Source: an uncultured Bacilli bacterium
GTDB lineage: Bacteria > Bacillota_I > Bacilli_A > RF39 > UBA660
Assembly: GCA_944372215.1 (NCBI GenBank)
Contig: CALVYL010000001.1
Span: 391 to 64,390, forward strand
DNA: 64,000 nucleotides
Reading direction: 5' to 3'
In this document: in pieces, positions 62,889-64,000 of the stretch
How the letters are laid out: each line of letters starts with the position of its first letter
How positions within the stretch are numbered: position 1 is the stretch's first letter
The notes under the pieces: model-generated
The model's input: only the letters and a program-made list of their open reading frames with translations
The model's database searches: none
Told to the model about the DNA's origin: nothing
Position numbers and translations under genes: made by a program

Positions 62889-63059
62889 ATGGCTACAAAA
62901 GTTACAACCAAAAAACCTTTGACAGGAAATAGAAGATCGCATTCTTTAAGAGCAACAAAAATGAAACAAAAACCAAATTTACAAAAGAAAACTATTAATG
63001 GAGAAAAAGTTATCATAAGTGCTAGAGAAGCGAGAACAATAAATAAAAAAGCTGCTTAA
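62889..63059 (+). CDS. rpmB: 50S ribosomal protein L28
   Basis: 56 aa, MATKVTTKKPLTGNRRSHSLRATKMKQKPNLQ. SD aaaggagg. Terminator gacggg-tttag-cccgtc plus a T-run at 63139-63163. Confidence 0.8.
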   Translation: MATKVTTKKPLTGNRRSHSLRATKMKQKPNLQKKTINGEKVIISAREARTINKKAA

Positions 63060-63145
63060 TGTAGTTTTTTTGTGCATAAAATTCAATTTATTACATATAA
63101 TAAAAATATCAAAGCAATTAAGCTTTGATGATATATAAGACGGGT

Positions 63146-63568
63146 TTAGCCCGTCGTTTTTTTATGTTTCTTTCTTTTAAATAGCAATAAAAATACGCAC
63201 AATATTATGAAAAAACATATTCCCCCGATTAAAGGTGCAACATATTCGGGTAATTCTTCTTCAATTTCTAAAGGTTCAAGGAGATAGTCATAATTTATTA
63301 CGGTCTCACTCATTTCTTTATTGACAAGTAAAATATAAGTATTTATCTCTTCATCTTTTATTACTTGAATATATACCTCATTTTCCCCAGGAACTAAATC
63401 ATAATTATCTACAATATTTACTACATATCCAGCAGTTACCTCATAATCAATAACAAGTGCATCGACATCTTCTGCAACACTAACTGAATAAATGTTATTA
63501 TAAATATCAAATTCCGGAGTTAACTCACCATTTACTACATTTAAATCTTCTAACACAAATATCACCAT
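63146..63568 (-). CDS. Cadherin-like beta-sandwich domain protein with a C-terminal TM anchor
   Basis: LTPEFDIYNNIYSVSVAEDVDALVIDYEVTAGYVVNIVDNYDLVPGENEVYIQV matches the cadherin-like_2 pattern. C-terminal hydrophobic segment plus KRKKHKK. Confidence 0.5.
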   Translation of the reverse strand: MVIFVLEDLNVVNGELTPEFDIYNNIYSVSVAEDVDALVIDYEVTAGYVVNIVDNYDLVPGENEVYIQVIKDEEINTYILLVNKEMSETVINYDYLLEPLEIEEELPEYVAPLIGGICFFIILCVFLLLFKRKKHKKTTG

Positions 63569-63590
63569 TTATATTGTGTTCAATTTTATT

Positions 63591-64000
63591 TTAAATAATC
63601 TTAATTAATATTTCATTCATAACATAAATCTTAAGGGGATTTATATAAATATAACCTTTTTTCTTAATTAAATCCTTATTTTTAAATAAAGGAGCTAGAT
63701 TATATACCTTTTCTATATCTTCGTCATATTTTTCTTTAAACTCTTGAATATTTATACCCGCAAGTTTTCTTAGACCTAACATGATTTCATAATCCATCTT
63801 TTCTTTCTTACCTAATATTTCTTTATTCTTTACATAATTACCTAATAAATATTCTTTTAAATTTTTAGTATTTTCATATCTTATATCGTCGATATAGCCA
63901 GCTGCACCAAGACCAAAGCCATAGTATTCCTCATTGTTCCAATATGCTAAATTATGCTTAGATTCATAACCTTTAATAGCAAAATTGCTTATTTCATAAT
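63591..64000 (-). CDS. hemW: Radical-SAM heme chaperone HemW. C-terminal portion only: the N-terminus lies beyond the window end.
   Basis: The minus-strand frame is open to the window edge. SNFAIKGYESKHNLAYWNNEEYYGFGLGAAGY and a HemN_C-like tail. The ORF track shows only the part from the first internal Met. Confidence 0.7.
   Translation of the reverse strand, partial: YEISNFAIKGYESKHNLAYWNNEEYYGFGLGAAGYIDDIRYENTKNLKEYLLGNYVKNKEILGKKEKMDYEIMLGLRKLAGINIQEFKEKYDEDIEKVYNLAPLFKNKDLIKKKGYIYINPLKIYVMNEILIKII

Overview
Low-GC (~27-28% by eye) Bacillota-type chromosomal segment with the standard genetic code, mostly minus-strand housekeeping genes. Recognisable genes include hrcA-grpE-dnaK-pepF-dnaJ with CIRCE operators, trmD/rimM, mscL, an FtsW/RodA SEDS protein, def, smc/rnc, yidD, four tRNAs (Ser-GCU, Glu-UUC, Ile-GAU, Lys-CUU), an NrnA-like DHH phosphoesterase, a polysaccharide deacetylase with an ABC-2 transporter, xer, queH, divIB-murB-murG, an N-domain-less clpB with its own CIRCE, a DUF2207/lemA pair, priA, an SPFH/NfeD pair, rpmF/yceD, mutL, yqeH/yqeG, dnaE directly abutting polC, rpmB and a partial hemW. 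No CRISPR array, rRNA, IS element or obvious prophage was seen. The most distinctive non-housekeeping content is: (i) two paralogous modules ~12 kb apart, each a signal-anchored Fn3-repeat protein with a Cys/Trp/Tyr-rich C-terminal domain divergent from a small XRE HTH gene, with palindromic operators between them; (ii) a 364-bp intergenic region after tRNA-Lys carrying a 13-bp long-range inverted repeat that brackets a strong-SD 24-codon ORF, which resembles a type I toxin mRNA; (iii) a promoter-to-terminator ~125-nt non-coding unit after the first XRE pair; (iv) a tandem cluster of three signal-anchored paralogs (one frameshifted) next to an Rpn/YhgA-like nuclease gene. All family assignments are from reading motifs by eye; no database search was possible.
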